A stretch of DNA of 64,000 nucleotides, taken from assembly GCF_011386835.1 (NCBI RefSeq), contig NC_088791.1:350796001-350860000 (forward strand). Reading direction: 5' to 3'. This DNA is from Chrysemys picta bellii. Its lineage: Eukaryota. This document shows positions 9,913 through 21,986 of this stretch, piece by piece. Under the pieces are notes generated by a model that was given only the letters and a program-made list of their open reading frames with translations, was not told the DNA's origin and did no database searches. Positions within the stretch are counted from its first letter, which is position 1. Each line of letters opens with the position of its first letter. A program made the position numbers and the translations under genes.

Positions 9913-12900
9913 AGAATCATAGAGTCATAAGACTGGAAGGGACCTCGACAGGTCATCAAGTCCGGTCCCCTGAACTCATGGCAGGACCAAGCACCATCTA
10001 GAACATCCCTGATAGGTGTCAATCCAACCTTCTCTTAAAAATCTCCAATGATGGAAATTCCACAACCTCCCTAGGCAATTTATTCCAGTGATTACTAACC
10101 TGACAATTAGGACATTTTTCCTAATGTCCAACCTAAACCTCCCTTGTGGCAATGTAAGCCCTTTACTTGTCCTATCATCACAGGTAAAAGAGCATATTTT
10201 TTCTCCCTCCTCCTTGTAACAACCTTCTAGGTACTTGAAAACTGTCATCATGTCCCCTCTCAGTCTTCTCTTTTCTAGACTAAACAAGCCCAGTTCTTTC
10301 AATCTTCTATCATAGATCAAGTTTTCTAGACCTTCAATCATTTTTGATGCTCTTCTCTGGACTTTCTCCAATTTGTTCACATCTTTCCTGAAATGTGGTG
10401 CCCAGAACAGAACACAATATTTCAGTAGAGGCCTAAACTGCACGGAGTAGAGTGGAAGAAATACTTCTCCTCTCTTGCTTACAACTCTCCTGCCAATACA
10501 TCCCAGAATGATGTTTGCTTTGTTTTGCAACAGTGTTACACTGTTGACTCATATTTAGCTTGTGGTCCACTATGACCCCCAGATCCCTTTCTGCAGTACT
10601 CCTTCCTAGGTAGTCATTTCCCATTTTGTATGTGTGCAACTGATTGTTCCTTTCTCAGTGCAGTAATTTGCATTTGTCCTTACTGAATTTCATCCTATTT
10701 ACCTCAGACCATTTTTCCAATTTGTCCAGATAGTTCTGAATTTTCATCCTATCCTCCAAAGCACTTGCAACCCCTCTCAGCTTGGTAACATCTGCAAAAT
10801 TTGTAAGTGTCCTCTCTATGCCTTTATCTAAATCATTGATGGGGATATGGAACAGAACCGTGCCCAGGACTGATCCTTGCAGAACCCCACTCATTATGCC
10901 CTTCCAGCATGACTGTAAACCATTGATAACTACTCTCTGAGAATGGTTTTCCAAACAGTTATGCACCCACCTTATAGTAGATCAATCTAGGTTGTATTTT
11001 CCTAGTTCGTTACTGAGGTCATGTGAGACTGTATCAAAAGACTTACTAAAGTCTAAATATATCAAATCTACCACTTACCCTCTATCCATAAGGCTTGGTA
11101 CCCTGTCAAAGAAAGCTATCAGGTTGGTTTGACATGATTTGTTCTTGACAAATCCATGCTGACTATTATTTATCACCTTATTATCTTCTAAATGTCGCAA
11201 ATTGATTCCTTAATTATTTGCTCCATTACTTTTCTGGGTAAGCTGACTGGTCTGTAATTCCCTGGGCTGCCCTTATTTTTCTTTTTATAGATAGGTAATA
11301 TATGAGCTCTTTTCCAGTCTTTTGGAATCTCTCTCTTCTTCCATGACTTTTCAGAGATAATAGTTAAAGGTTCAGATATCTCTTCAGTCAGCTCCTTGAG
11401 TATGCATTCCATCAGGCCATGATGACTTGAAGACATCTAACATGTCTAAGTAATTTTTAACTTGTTCTTTCCCTATTTTAGCCTCTGATCCTATCTCATT
11501 TTCACTGGCATTCACTATGTTAGATGAAAAATCACCACCAACCTTTTTGGTGAAAACCGAAATAAAGAAGTGATTAAGCACCTCTGCCATTTCCACATTT
11601 TCTGTTATTGCTTTTTAATTGAATAACGGGTCTACCTTGTCCTCGATCTTCCACTTGCTTCTAATGTATTTGTAGAATGTTTTCTTGTTACCCTTTATGT
11701 CTCTAGCTAGTTTAATCTTGCTCTGTGCCTTGGCCTTTCTAATTTTGCCCCTACATACTTGTGTTGTTTGTTTATATTAATCCTTTGTAATTTGATCTAG
11801 TTTCCACTTTTTGTAGGACTCTTTTTTGATTTCTAGATATTAGATAAGCCAGGATGGTCTCTTGCCATACGTCCTATCTTTCCTACTCAATGGAATAGTT
11901 TGCTCTTGTTCCATGGATATCAAGATGGCAGACTTTAGCAAACTCAGGGAGTTGGTAGGTAAGATCCCATGGGAAGCAAGTTTAAAAGGAAAAACAATTG
12001 AAAACATTTACTTTAGTTTGCTGTTTTCCCTCCTACCATTCCTTAGAATTATGAACTCTACCATATCATGATCACTTTCACCCAAGCCGCCGTCCACTTT
12101 CAAATTCTCAACCAGTTCCTCCCTATTTGTCAAAATCAAATCTAGAATAGCCTCTCCCCCAATAGCTTTCTCCACCTTCTGGATTAAAAAAAAATGTCTC
12201 CAATATATTCTGAGAACTTATTGGATAAACTGTTCCCTGCTGTGTTATTTTCCCAGCAGATGTCTGGGTAGTTGAAGTGCCCAAATCACGACCAAATCCT
12301 GTGTTTTGGATGATTTTGTTAGTTGCTTAAAAAGCCTCATCCACCTCTTCTTCCTGGTTAGGTAGTCTGTAGTAGACCCTTACCAGAATATCACCCTTGT
12401 GTTTTACCCCTTTTATCCTTACCCAGAGACTTTTGACAAGTCTGTCTCCTATTTCCATCTCAACCTCAGACCAAGTGTATACATTCGTAATATATAACAC
12501 ATCACCTCCTCCCTTTTTTCCCTGCCTGTCCTTCCTGAGTGACCTATACCTTTCTTTACCAATATTACAGTCATGCGTATTATCCCACCAAATCTCTGTG
12601 ATGCCAACTATGTCATAGGTGTGTTCGTTTACTAGCATTATACATTCTTCCTGCTTATTCCCCATACTTCTTGCATTAGTATACAGACATTTAAGATACT
12701 GATTTGATTCCCCCCACCCAGTTCTGTCTTCTCCCTCCAATTTCTAAACTTTCTCCCAGGCCTCTATGTTTTTGAGTTACCTGTGGGCTTTGGTCTCCTG
12801 CCCCCTTCAAACCTAGTTTAAAGCCCTCCTCACTAGATTAGCCAGTATGTTTACAAATATGCTCTTCCTCTTCCCTGATAGCTGGACCCCATCTCTGCTT

Positions 12901-12953
12901 AACAGTCCTTCTTCCTTGAACAGCATCCCATGGTCAAGGAAGCCAAAGCCCTC
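9911..12953 (-). mobile_element. CR1 LINE, 5'-truncated and degenerate (ORF1 3' end, ORF2 remnants and tail)
   Basis: Reverse tail atagaatcatagagtcata at 9911. Minus-strand fragments: [56 protein letters not shown], and the ORF1 end EGFGFLDHGML. Confidence 0.93.
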
Positions 12954-13324
12954 AGGTCTCAGGAAAAGGGACTGGTGCATTGCCCTCTCCACATTGAGGG
13001 AGGGGCATGCTGGATTATAACACTGGTCAAGCTTCTGATCAGGACAATATGATATAGCTCTGGGTTGTAGGCTGGCGAGCTGGGGGGAACTTTCTGGTGT
13101 CCCACTATTGTTGGCTCATGAGTGACTAGTGAAAGTACTCATGTAACGGCAGCTGGGTGGATCCCTGCCAGGGTATGGCTGTGTAAGTGGAAGACCTGGA
13201 AAGGATTGCAGCTTGTCATAGCCTCACCATGTGATAGGGGGCTGAGATTGGTATGCCCGAGGGCTCAGAGGTACTGCACTTCCCGGTTGCACACAGGGGA
13301 AGACCGACAAACCAACACATCACA
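12954..13324 (+). mobile_element. 3' portion of an LTR of the family at 27918-29537 (paralogs 44827-45203 and 56704-57076)
   Basis: Aligns by eye to 29190-29537 (ctctccacattgagggaggg...ctggtca...ttcatgagtg...tggtatgcc) and ends CATCACA. Confidence 0.7.
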
Positions 13325-14072
13325 GAGGACCTGCTAGAGCTTCACTGCATTTCCCTCTTGTCATGCACTCAGTTACTGACAGAGAGACCGTGGTTACAGG
13401 AAAAGAACTCTGGACTCCTGGGTTCTGTCGTGATTCACTGTGTGACCTTGGCCAGGTCATTTCTACCTATCTCTCAGTTTACCTATCTGTACAATGGGGA
13501 TATGTTCCTATTCACTATCCTTCAATGAAATGTTACTGAGGAGAATTAGAGATTTTTTTATGCCATAGACAGCTCTGTGTGCCTGCAGAAACTCTCATAT
13601 TTCCCCTTAGTCATCTTTGTCCAGTTCATTCTTTCTTCGGTCTACCCAGCCATCCTCGCATGTACAAGGTATCAGACGCTATGGAGCGGCGAATAGCAGA
13701 GGCTAACAGCGGGAGTTTGCCTGGGAGCTGTCTGAGAGGAGGTACGCTAAGTGCTGCATTAGGGGGGCTGTGTTGCTGAGTGTCTGAGTGTCTGCTGCTG
13801 GGACAGTTGTTCAGTTTGACCGTGTGCTTGATTGCTTGCATGTTTGTTTGAAAAGTGTGAATTGGGAGTGCTTTGTTCCAGGTGGGCCTTGAGTCAGCCT
13901 GACTGGTATATAAGGACAGTCAGCAGCGAACCAGCTGAGCGGCGAACAGCAGAGGCTAACAGCGGGAGTTTGCCTGGGAGCTCGCTTGGGGACAGCGCAC
14001 TGAGGCTTTCATCTGCAGGTTTCTCTGAGTAGTTCCTGCAGCAGTTGGGGAAGTTCTTAAGAGGACGGTGAT

Positions 14073-15069
14073 ACGGAAGGTGAGCGATCAGCTGTTGTAA
14101 CCTGCACAGGTTGTGCCATGTTTGTCTTTCTTCCACAGGACAGAAGCGACTTTGTCTGTACAAAGTGCAAGCTGGTCTCCATATTGGAAGAGAAGGTTCG
14201 AGGGCTGGAGAAACGAATATCGACTCTGCGTTGCATAAGGGAAAATGAAGATTTCCTGGACAGATGTCAGGAGATGCTTCTACGGCCACAATGTTCTGAA
14301 TATTCAGAGCAGGCACAGCAGGGACAGAAGGATTGTGAAGAAATTTGGCAGCATGTGACCTCCAGAAGGAGAAAGAGGAGCATCCATGCACCAGCAATGG
14401 AGATATAGGTGAGCAATCGTTTCCATGTTCTCTCTACAGGTACTAATGCGGAGAGTGGACTAGATGACCCATCTGAGGGAAGGGAGCAGAAGGAGACTCC
14501 ACCGATTGGAAGGCAAAAGATGCACTGTCCTGGGGATGGGGGTTCCACGACCACCACTCCCAAGAGGAGGAGGAGGGTGGTGATGGTCGGGGACTCCCTC
14601 CTCAGGGGGACTGAGTCATCTATCTGCCGCCCCGACCGGGAAAACCAAGAGGTCTGCTGCTTGCCAGGAGCTAGGATACACGATGTGACGGAGAGACTGC
14701 CAAGACTCATCAAGCCCTCAGATCGCTACCCCTTCCTGCTTCTCCACGTGGGCACCAATGATACTGCCAAGAATGACCTTGAGCGGATCACTGCAGACTA
14801 CGTGGCTCTGGGAAGAAGGATAAAGGAGTTTGAGGTGCAAGTGGTGTTCTCATCCATCCTCCCTGTGCAAGGAAAAGGCCGGGGTAGAGACCGTCGAATC
14901 GTGGAAGTCAACGAATGGCTACGCAGGTGGTGTCAGAGAGAAGGCTTTGGATTCTTCGACCATGGGATGGTGTTCCAAGAAGGAGGAGTGCTAGGCAGAG
15001 ACGGGCAAGAGAGGGAAGATCATCTTCGCCAGCAGGCTGGCTAACCTAGTGAGGAGGGCTTTAAACTAG
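14073..15069 (+). pseudogene. CR1 ORF1p (N-terminal CxxC..CxxC zinc finger, coiled coil, SGNH/GDSL esterase-like domain), disrupted
   Basis: An in-frame ACG at 14073 (probable mutated ATG) gives EGERSAVVTCTGCAM..VCTKCKL. There is a premature TAG at 14406-14408. GDSLL and VGTND blocks are present. A small deletion at about 15005 removes the expected DxLH block and shifts the frame. The original stop is probably TAG 15067-15069. Confidence 0.88.
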
Positions 15070-15112
15070 GTTCACCGGGGAAGGAGACCAAAGCCCTGAG
15101 GTAAGTGGGGAA

Positions 15113-17950
15113 ATGGGATCCTGGGAGGAAGCACAAGCAGGAGAGTGCAAGAGGGGAGGACTCCTGTCTCATGCTGAGAAAGAGGGACGATCGATGAGTT
15201 ATCTTAAGTGCCTATACACAAATGCAAGAAGCCTGGGAAACAAGCAGGGAGAACTGGAAGTCCTGGCACAGTCAGGGAACTATGATGCGATTGGAATAAC
15301 AGAGACTTGGTGGGATAACTCACATGACTGGAGTACTGTCATGGATGGATATAAACTGTTCAGGAAGGACAGGCAGGGCAGAAAAGGTGGGGGAGTTGCG
15401 TTGTATGTAAGAGAGGAGTATGACTGCTCAGAGCTCCAGTATGAAACTGCAGAAAAACCTGAGAGTCTCTGGATAAAGTTAAGAAGTGTGAGCAACAAGG
15501 GTGATGTCGTGGTTGGAGTCTGCTATAGACCACCAGACCAGAGGGATGAGGTGGACGAGGCTTTCTTCTGGCTACTAGCAGAAGTTGCTAGATCGCAGGC
15601 CCTGGTTCTCATGGGAGACTTTAATCACCCTGATATCTGCTGGGAGAGCAATACAGCAGTGCACAGACAATCCAGAAAGTTTTTGAAAAGTGTAGGGGAC
15701 AATTTCCTGGTGCAAGTGCTGGAGGAACCAACTAGGGGCAGAGCTTTTCTTGACCTGCTGCTCACAAACAGGGAAGAATTAGTAGGGGAAGCAAAAGTGG
15801 ATGGGAACCTGGGAGGCAGTGACCATGAGATGGTCGAGTTCAGGATCCTGACACAAGGAAGAAAGGAAGGCAGCAGAATGCGGACCCTGGACTTCAGAAA
15901 AGCAGACTTTGACTCCCTCAGGGAACAGATGGGCAGGATCCCCTGGGAGAATAACATGAAGGGCAAAGGGGTCCAGGAGAGCTGGCTGTATTTTAAAGAA
16001 TCCTTATTGCGGTTGCATGAACAAATCATCCCAATGTGTAGAAAGAATAGTAAATATGGCAGGCGACCAGCTTGGCTTAACAGTGAAATCCTTGCTGATC
16101 TTAAACGCAAAAAAGAAGCTTACAAGAAGTGGAAGATTGAACAAATGACCAGGGAGGAGTATAAAAATATCGCTCAGGCATGCAAGAGTGAAATCAGGAA
16201 GGCCAAATCACACTTGGAGTTGCAGTTAGCAAGAGATGTTAAGAGTAACAAGAAGGGTTTCTTCAGGTATGTTAGCAACAAGAAGAAAATCAAGGAAAGT
16301 GTGGGCCCCTTACTGAATGAGGGAGGCAACCTACTGACCGAGGATGTGGAAAAAGCTAATGTACTCAATGATTTTTTTGCCTCTGTCTTCACGAACAAGG
16401 TCAGCTCCCAGATTGCTGCACTGGGCAGTACAGCATGGGGAGAAGGTGACCAGCCCTCTGTGGAGAAAGAAGTGGTTCGGGACTATTTAGAAAAACTGGA
16501 CGTGCACAAGTCCATGGGGCCGGATGCGCTGCATCCGAGGGTGCTAAAGGAGTTGGTGGGTGAGATTGCAGAGCCATTAGCTTTTATTTTTGAAAACTCA
16601 TGGCGATCGGGGGAGGTCCCAGATGACTGGAAAAAGGCTAATGTAGTGCCCATTTTTAAAAAAGGGAAGAAGGAGGATCTGGGGAACTACAGGCCAGTCA
16701 GCCTCACCTCAATCCCTGGAAAAATTATGGAGCAGGTGCTCAAGGAATCAAATATGAAACATTTAGAGGAGAGGAAAGTGATCAGGAACAGTCAGCATGG
16801 ATTCACCAAGGGGAAGTTGTGCCTGACTAACCTAATTGCCTTCTATGATGAGATAACTGGCTCTGTGGATGAGGGGAAAGCAGTGGATGTGTTATTCCTT
16901 GACTTTAGCAAAGCTTTTGATATGGTCTCCCACAGTATTCTTGCCGCCAAGTTAAAGACGTATGGGCTGGATGAATGGATTGTAAGGTGGATAGAAAGCT
17001 GGCTAGATCGTTGGGCTCAACGGGTAGTGATCAATGGCTCCATGTCTACTTGGCAGCCGGTTTCAAGTGGAGTGCCCCAAGGGTCGCTCCTGGGGCCGGT
17101 TTTGTTTAATATCTTTATTAATGATCTGGAGGATGGTGTGGACTGCACTCTCAGCAAGTTTGCAGATTACACTAAACTAGGAGGCATGGTAGATACACTA
17201 GAGGGTAGGGATCGGATACAGAGGGACCTAGACAAATTAGAGGATTGGGCCAAAAAAAACCTGATGAGGTTCAACAAGGACAAGTGCAGAGTCGGAAGTA
17301 TCCCATGCACTGCTACAGACTAGGGACCGAATGGCTAGGTAGCAGTTCTGCAGAAAAGGACCTAGGGGTCACAGTGGACGAGAAGCTGGATATGAGTCAA
17401 CAGTGTGCTCTTGTTGCCAAGAAGGCTAACGGCATTTTGGGCTGTATAAGTAGGGGCATTGCCAGCAGATCGAGGAACGTGATCGTTCCCCTTTATTTGA
17501 CATTGGTGAGGCCTCATCTGGAATACTGTGTCCAGTTTTGGGCCCCACACTACAAGAAGGATGTGGAAATATTGGAAAGAGTCCAACGGAGGGCAACAAA
17601 AATGATTAGGGATCTGGAGTGCATGACTTATGAGGAGAGGCTGAGGGAACTGGGATTGTTTAGTCTCCAGAAGAGAAGAATGAGGGGGGGATTTGATAGC
17701 AGCCTTCAACTACCTGAAGGGGGGTTCCAAAGAGGATGGAGCTCGGCTGTTCTCAGTGGTGGCAGATGACAGAACAAGGAGCAATGGTCTCAAGTTGCAG
17801 TGGGGGAGGTCCAGGTTGGATATTAGGAAAAACTATTTTACTTGGAGGGTGGTGAAACACTGGAATGCGTTACCTAGGGAGGTGGTGGAGTCTCCTTCCC
17901 TGGAGGTTTTTAAAGCCCGGCTTGACAAAGCCCTGGCTGGGATGATTTAG
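15113..17950 (+). pseudogene. CR1 ORF2p (APE endonuclease plus reverse transcriptase), frameshifted
   Basis: 736 aa are open. Endonuclease motifs YTNARSL, ITETWW, GDFN, LDL, SDH. RT motifs [24 protein letters not shown] and FADY (catalytic FADD mutated). Frameshifts at about 17290 and 17690; the C-terminus is in ORFs 17245-17769 and 17693-17950. Confidence 0.95.
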
Positions 17951-18099
17951 TTGGGAATTGGTCCTGCTTTGAGCAGGGGGTTGGACTAGATGACCTCTTG
18001 AGGTCCCTTCCAACCCTGATATTCTATGATTCTATGATTCTAACATAAACCCTAGTTTTCTTGCTAATCAACTATCTTTTTTTTTCAATATACACAAAT

Positions 18100-18514
18100 A
18101 CACAGAGCAGCCAATTCCTCTCTGACTCAGCACAGAGCTCAAGAGTTCTCATCTCTATGGGGAAGACCACTTAATTACTGTTTATTGATAAAGCTGGATA
18201 AACAGCACAGAGGTGCAGAGAGGCTTGTCTCCAACCTGTTTACATCCTGATGCTTCTTCTCCACTAGAGGCTTAGTGAACCCCACTGGGATTGCACAGAG
18301 CTATAATATAACCAGAGCACATCCCGTGTCAGACCTCAGTGTGCAATGTTGCTGCAGATGCTGGAGTGAGAGAGATGTGAGACACGACTATCTGAGGGGG
18401 ATTCCCAGGGAAGACACGTCTGTCTCAGAATTCACAGGTACCCATCGCTTGCTGAGGAGCTCACCTTCTCGACAAACCCAGTGCAACATGGGCATGATGA
18501 GAGAGACAGTAAGT
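18100..18514 (+). promoter_or_regulatory. Putative OR52 promoter and non-coding first exon (paralogs about 45630-46029 and 58395-58807)
   Basis: Conserved in all three B units: CCAAT, TAATTA, a TATA-like TATAATATAA (18302-18311, 45829-45838; TGTAATATAA at 58594), and a GTAAGT donor (18509, 46024, 58802). B3 has a canonical O/E site TCCCTTGGGA at 58446-58455. This is an inference with no transcript evidence. Confidence 0.45.
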
Positions 18515-19636
18515 CTGTGGTCTTTTCCACTCTGCACAGCCATTAAACATACCTGGGCCCTTCCCTCAGAACATGAGCTTGCTCCAGTATCATGGGCCAG
18601 AATGTCCCTCTTTGCTGTGTCCCCATGGCTGAGGGTCTCCAACCCAAATCTGGCTGCATTTTAGTGGCACAAGGGATCCTTCAGGATGAAAGGTATTAGT
18701 GGATGTGTGATAGAAAGACCAAATTCTGAGGTTGTAGCCCATAGTTTGCTCAAGCACCGCTGAATCAAAATTCCCTTGAAGTAAGAACTGAGTAGAGACC
18801 TCAGGAGCCAGCAGTGTGTTAATGCACAGACATTGTCATCCTCCTCTTAAATTTCAGGGATCTGGTAGTTAATGGGTATATGCAGAGGTGGAAACTCTCA
18901 CCTGACTTTATCTGCTGGAAAGTATGGAGGTGCTCAGGCTCTTCACTGGAACAATTATAAGATAATTTTTACACGGGCAAGACATCGCTTCTAACTTAAT
19001 TCATGAAATTGGCTGTACTGTTATGCTTGAAAATTTCCAAAAAGAATTCAGCCATATGCAGACACCCAGGGTGAAAACTTTCACTCCAAAACGTTAAAGT
19101 TTGGCAAACTTATAATTAACTGAAAATGACATCTCCTAATTGAAGGTGTCAGAAAGCCTTAATTAAAGTTAGTGCCATCAGCACGATCCACAATGGCCAA
19201 TCCATTTGTGAATCCCATGCAGCTAAGCTCTTCTTTCCAATAATGATGGTGGCAAGGAGTTCCACTGGCAAAATATGGATTATGTAAAAAAAATTCTTTT
19301 CTCAATGTGATATGTTCAGACTTTCAACATCATTCCATGTTCCCTTGTTTGTATATTATGATACACAGTAAATATAAATGCCTGATCTACTTTCTTTATC
19401 GATAGATTAATTGAATTTAAGGTCATAAGGGACCATAAGAGCATTCAGTCTGACCTCCTGTATAACACAGGCCATTACATTTCACCCAGTTGCCTCTGTA
19501 TTGAGCTCCATAACTTGTGTTTAATGAAGACCTGGTCTGCACTAGGATTTTACATTATGGACTCATATTTCCATAGGGTTCGAAGGGACCGCAAGGGTCA
19601 TCTAATCTGACCCCTGCTAAGATGCAAGATTTGTTG

Positions 19637-19726
19637 CCCCAGATCCCTAAATGGCCCCTTTAAGAATCAAACTCACAACCCTGGGCTTAGCAGGCCAATG
19701 CTCAAACCACTGAGCTATCCCTCCCC
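19637..19726 (-). mobile_element. tRNA-derived turtle Pol III/SINE head, nested in a CR1 fragment, B1-specific
   Basis: The minus strand reads gggagggaTAGCTCAGTGGtttgagcattggcctgctaagcccagggttgtGAGTTTGATTCttaaaggggccatttagggatctgggg, with an A-box and a degenerate B-box. Confidence 0.8.
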
Positions 19727-21986
19727 GCCAAGTTTCACAACTTCCATATGGAGAGGTAAAATCCTTCCACTGCTCCAGCTCAAGGCTCCCTTGTTTATGC
19801 ATCCAAGGATCACATTAGTCCTTTCTGCCACAGCATCACACTGGGAGCTCATAATGAGTTGGTTCTCCACAGTCACCCCAAATCCTTTTCAGGGTCCCTG
19901 CATTTCATAATATAGTGCCCTAGTCTGTAGGTCAGGCTTGAATTCCCAGTTCCGAGAGGATAATTTTACATTTGACTGAATTAAAACATTCTGTTTGCAC
20001 GGGAACAGCTCACCAAACCCTCCACGGCAATCAATATGCCTGCCCTTTTCTCCTCATTGTAACCAATCTGCCAATCTTTGCATCATCCACAAATTTTGTC
20101 TGCAGTGATTTTCTATTTCCTTCCAAATCATTGATGAAAATATTGAATAGCATCAGGCCTAAAACTGATCCCTGCAGAATACCACTAGAAACAGCCCCAT
20201 TCAAGGACAATGGCTTTCTGAGATCTGTCAGTTAGCCAGTTTTCAGTCCATTTAACATGTTCTTCACTGCTATTGCATTGTGTTCAGTTTTATCTGAATG
20301 TTTTCTCCTACTAAATCAAATGCCTCAGAGAAATCAAAGTCTATTGCATCTGCATCATTCCCTTGATCAACCAAACGCACTCTTATTTAAGGATGAAATC
20401 GGGTTTATTTGAGAAAACCTGTTTTCCATAAACCATGGTGTTGACTGGCATTAATTATATTCCCCGACTTTTTCTTTTTAACTAATCCATTACCAGGATT
20501 TTTTCTGTTTTTTCCTCACGCTGTCAAATATTTTTAATAAACTGTCCCTTTATTTTGTTTTAGTTTACATTTAACACAGAACTGTTCTCTATTTGCCATT
20601 TTTCTTTGTCTCTGCTGCTGCCTGATTTCATACATCCAGTTCTGAATGAGGTGTGTGGTTGATCTGGGAGTTTGTAACTCATGTTTGTAGTTCTAATGTA
20701 CTACTGTAGATGATGTTTAAAATCCTCCTTGACTGCTAATGCACTGGAAAGTATTTCATCACCTCACGTGATAGGAGCACTTGATACTGCTTGGGAACAA
20801 AAATATTTCTTAAACACATCTGCTTTTTCTGCAAAATTAACAAGTTTCCTTTCTCTTTGTTACATGTTGCTTCCCCACCCTCTTAATTGCTGTCTGTATT
20901 TTGCCATTGAATAGGGTTTTTGTCCAAAGTTCTCTGCTTTCTTGACTGTGGAGTTTTGGCTTTGTAGATAGGTAATAATTTCTTCTTAAAGAAGTCCCAA
21001 TTTTCATTCCCATTTTTTGGTCTAAATTTTTCCTCCCAATCCATTTTGTTGATCATTTGCCTCAGCTTTGGATAACTTGTCCTTAGAAGCACTAAGTGTT
21101 TTTAGATGTTACTGGTTGGGAACTCTTCTTCGTTTGTCCATTTGAATGTAATCGGTTCCATTCTTTATTTTGTTCTCCTCTATCAAGTGTCCCCTTCCTT
21201 GTTTCTTCTAAACAGTCCCAGACTTTTCAGTCTGTTCACATAGGGCAGCCTCCCACATTCACAGAGCCTGCCTCAGAACTCCCCTTTCTATCTGCTATGT
21301 CACCGTGTGACCAAAACTGAGTGATTATCCAGAGTAGGTTATTCTCCATCCCATTCCTTGGGCATCCAAACATTATCTTTGTTTTGGCCACTACTGCGAA
21401 TGAGCAGGTCTTTTCATGGAGCTGCAAACACTAAGGCCCAGGTATTTTCCCTGGGGTGTGTTCTATTTGGGATATTTGTCCCAGGCACCTGTCTTGGCAA
21501 AGGTTTGGGTATTTTCCACTCTCAGATTTTGAGCAACCGGGTGCATGGGGAAGTCGCTACAGCATGACCTCTCTAGCCTGGCTTTCATTGCATTAAGGAA
21601 CAATGAAGGATAAGTGGAATCCACACTTCTGTTTCCTGCAGGTGCCTTTTCAGGTTTCCCTCAAGACAACATGGAGGAATTATTGATGCATGCAGAGCCA
21701 TAAAAATGGCATTGACATTAGTAGGGTCAACGTTTTTCATAATTCATTAATCTCAAAAATGAAAATGCATGTTTGTGTGTGTGAAGAGTGAGCAATCTAT
21801 TTCACCCATGAAAGCATCCTCCAGTTGTACATGTAGTGTCTCATATTAACATTATCTCTCCATCCAGGCATTAGTACTGCGACCTTCACTCTAGACCCTG
21901 GACACCTACAGGAAGGCAGGGGAATATACGGTACATGCAGGAAACACCGTTCTGCCTCTGAGTTGGAGACTGTCTCCCTCTACTCC

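Larger units (their letters stand above)
13684..18041 (+). mobile_element. Near-full-length, relatively young CR1 LINE (5' UTR, ORF1, ORF2, 3' UTR, (ATTCTATG)n tail), inactivated
   Basis: Both ORFs are present and the tail attctatgattctatgattct lies at 18021-18041. The paralogous empty site is at about 45565-45576. Confidence 0.96.

Noticed and set aside
18275-18664. 129-149 aa ORFs recurring in all B units (18275, 45802, 58781)
   Set aside because: They begin at GTG or at different positions, have indels between paralogs, cross a GTAAGT donor and show no known motif. Recurrence is explained by the segmental duplication.
19637-19726. tRNA-like sequence as a tRNA gene
   Set aside because: No acceptor stem closes, the B-box is degenerate, and it continues into SINE body sequence.
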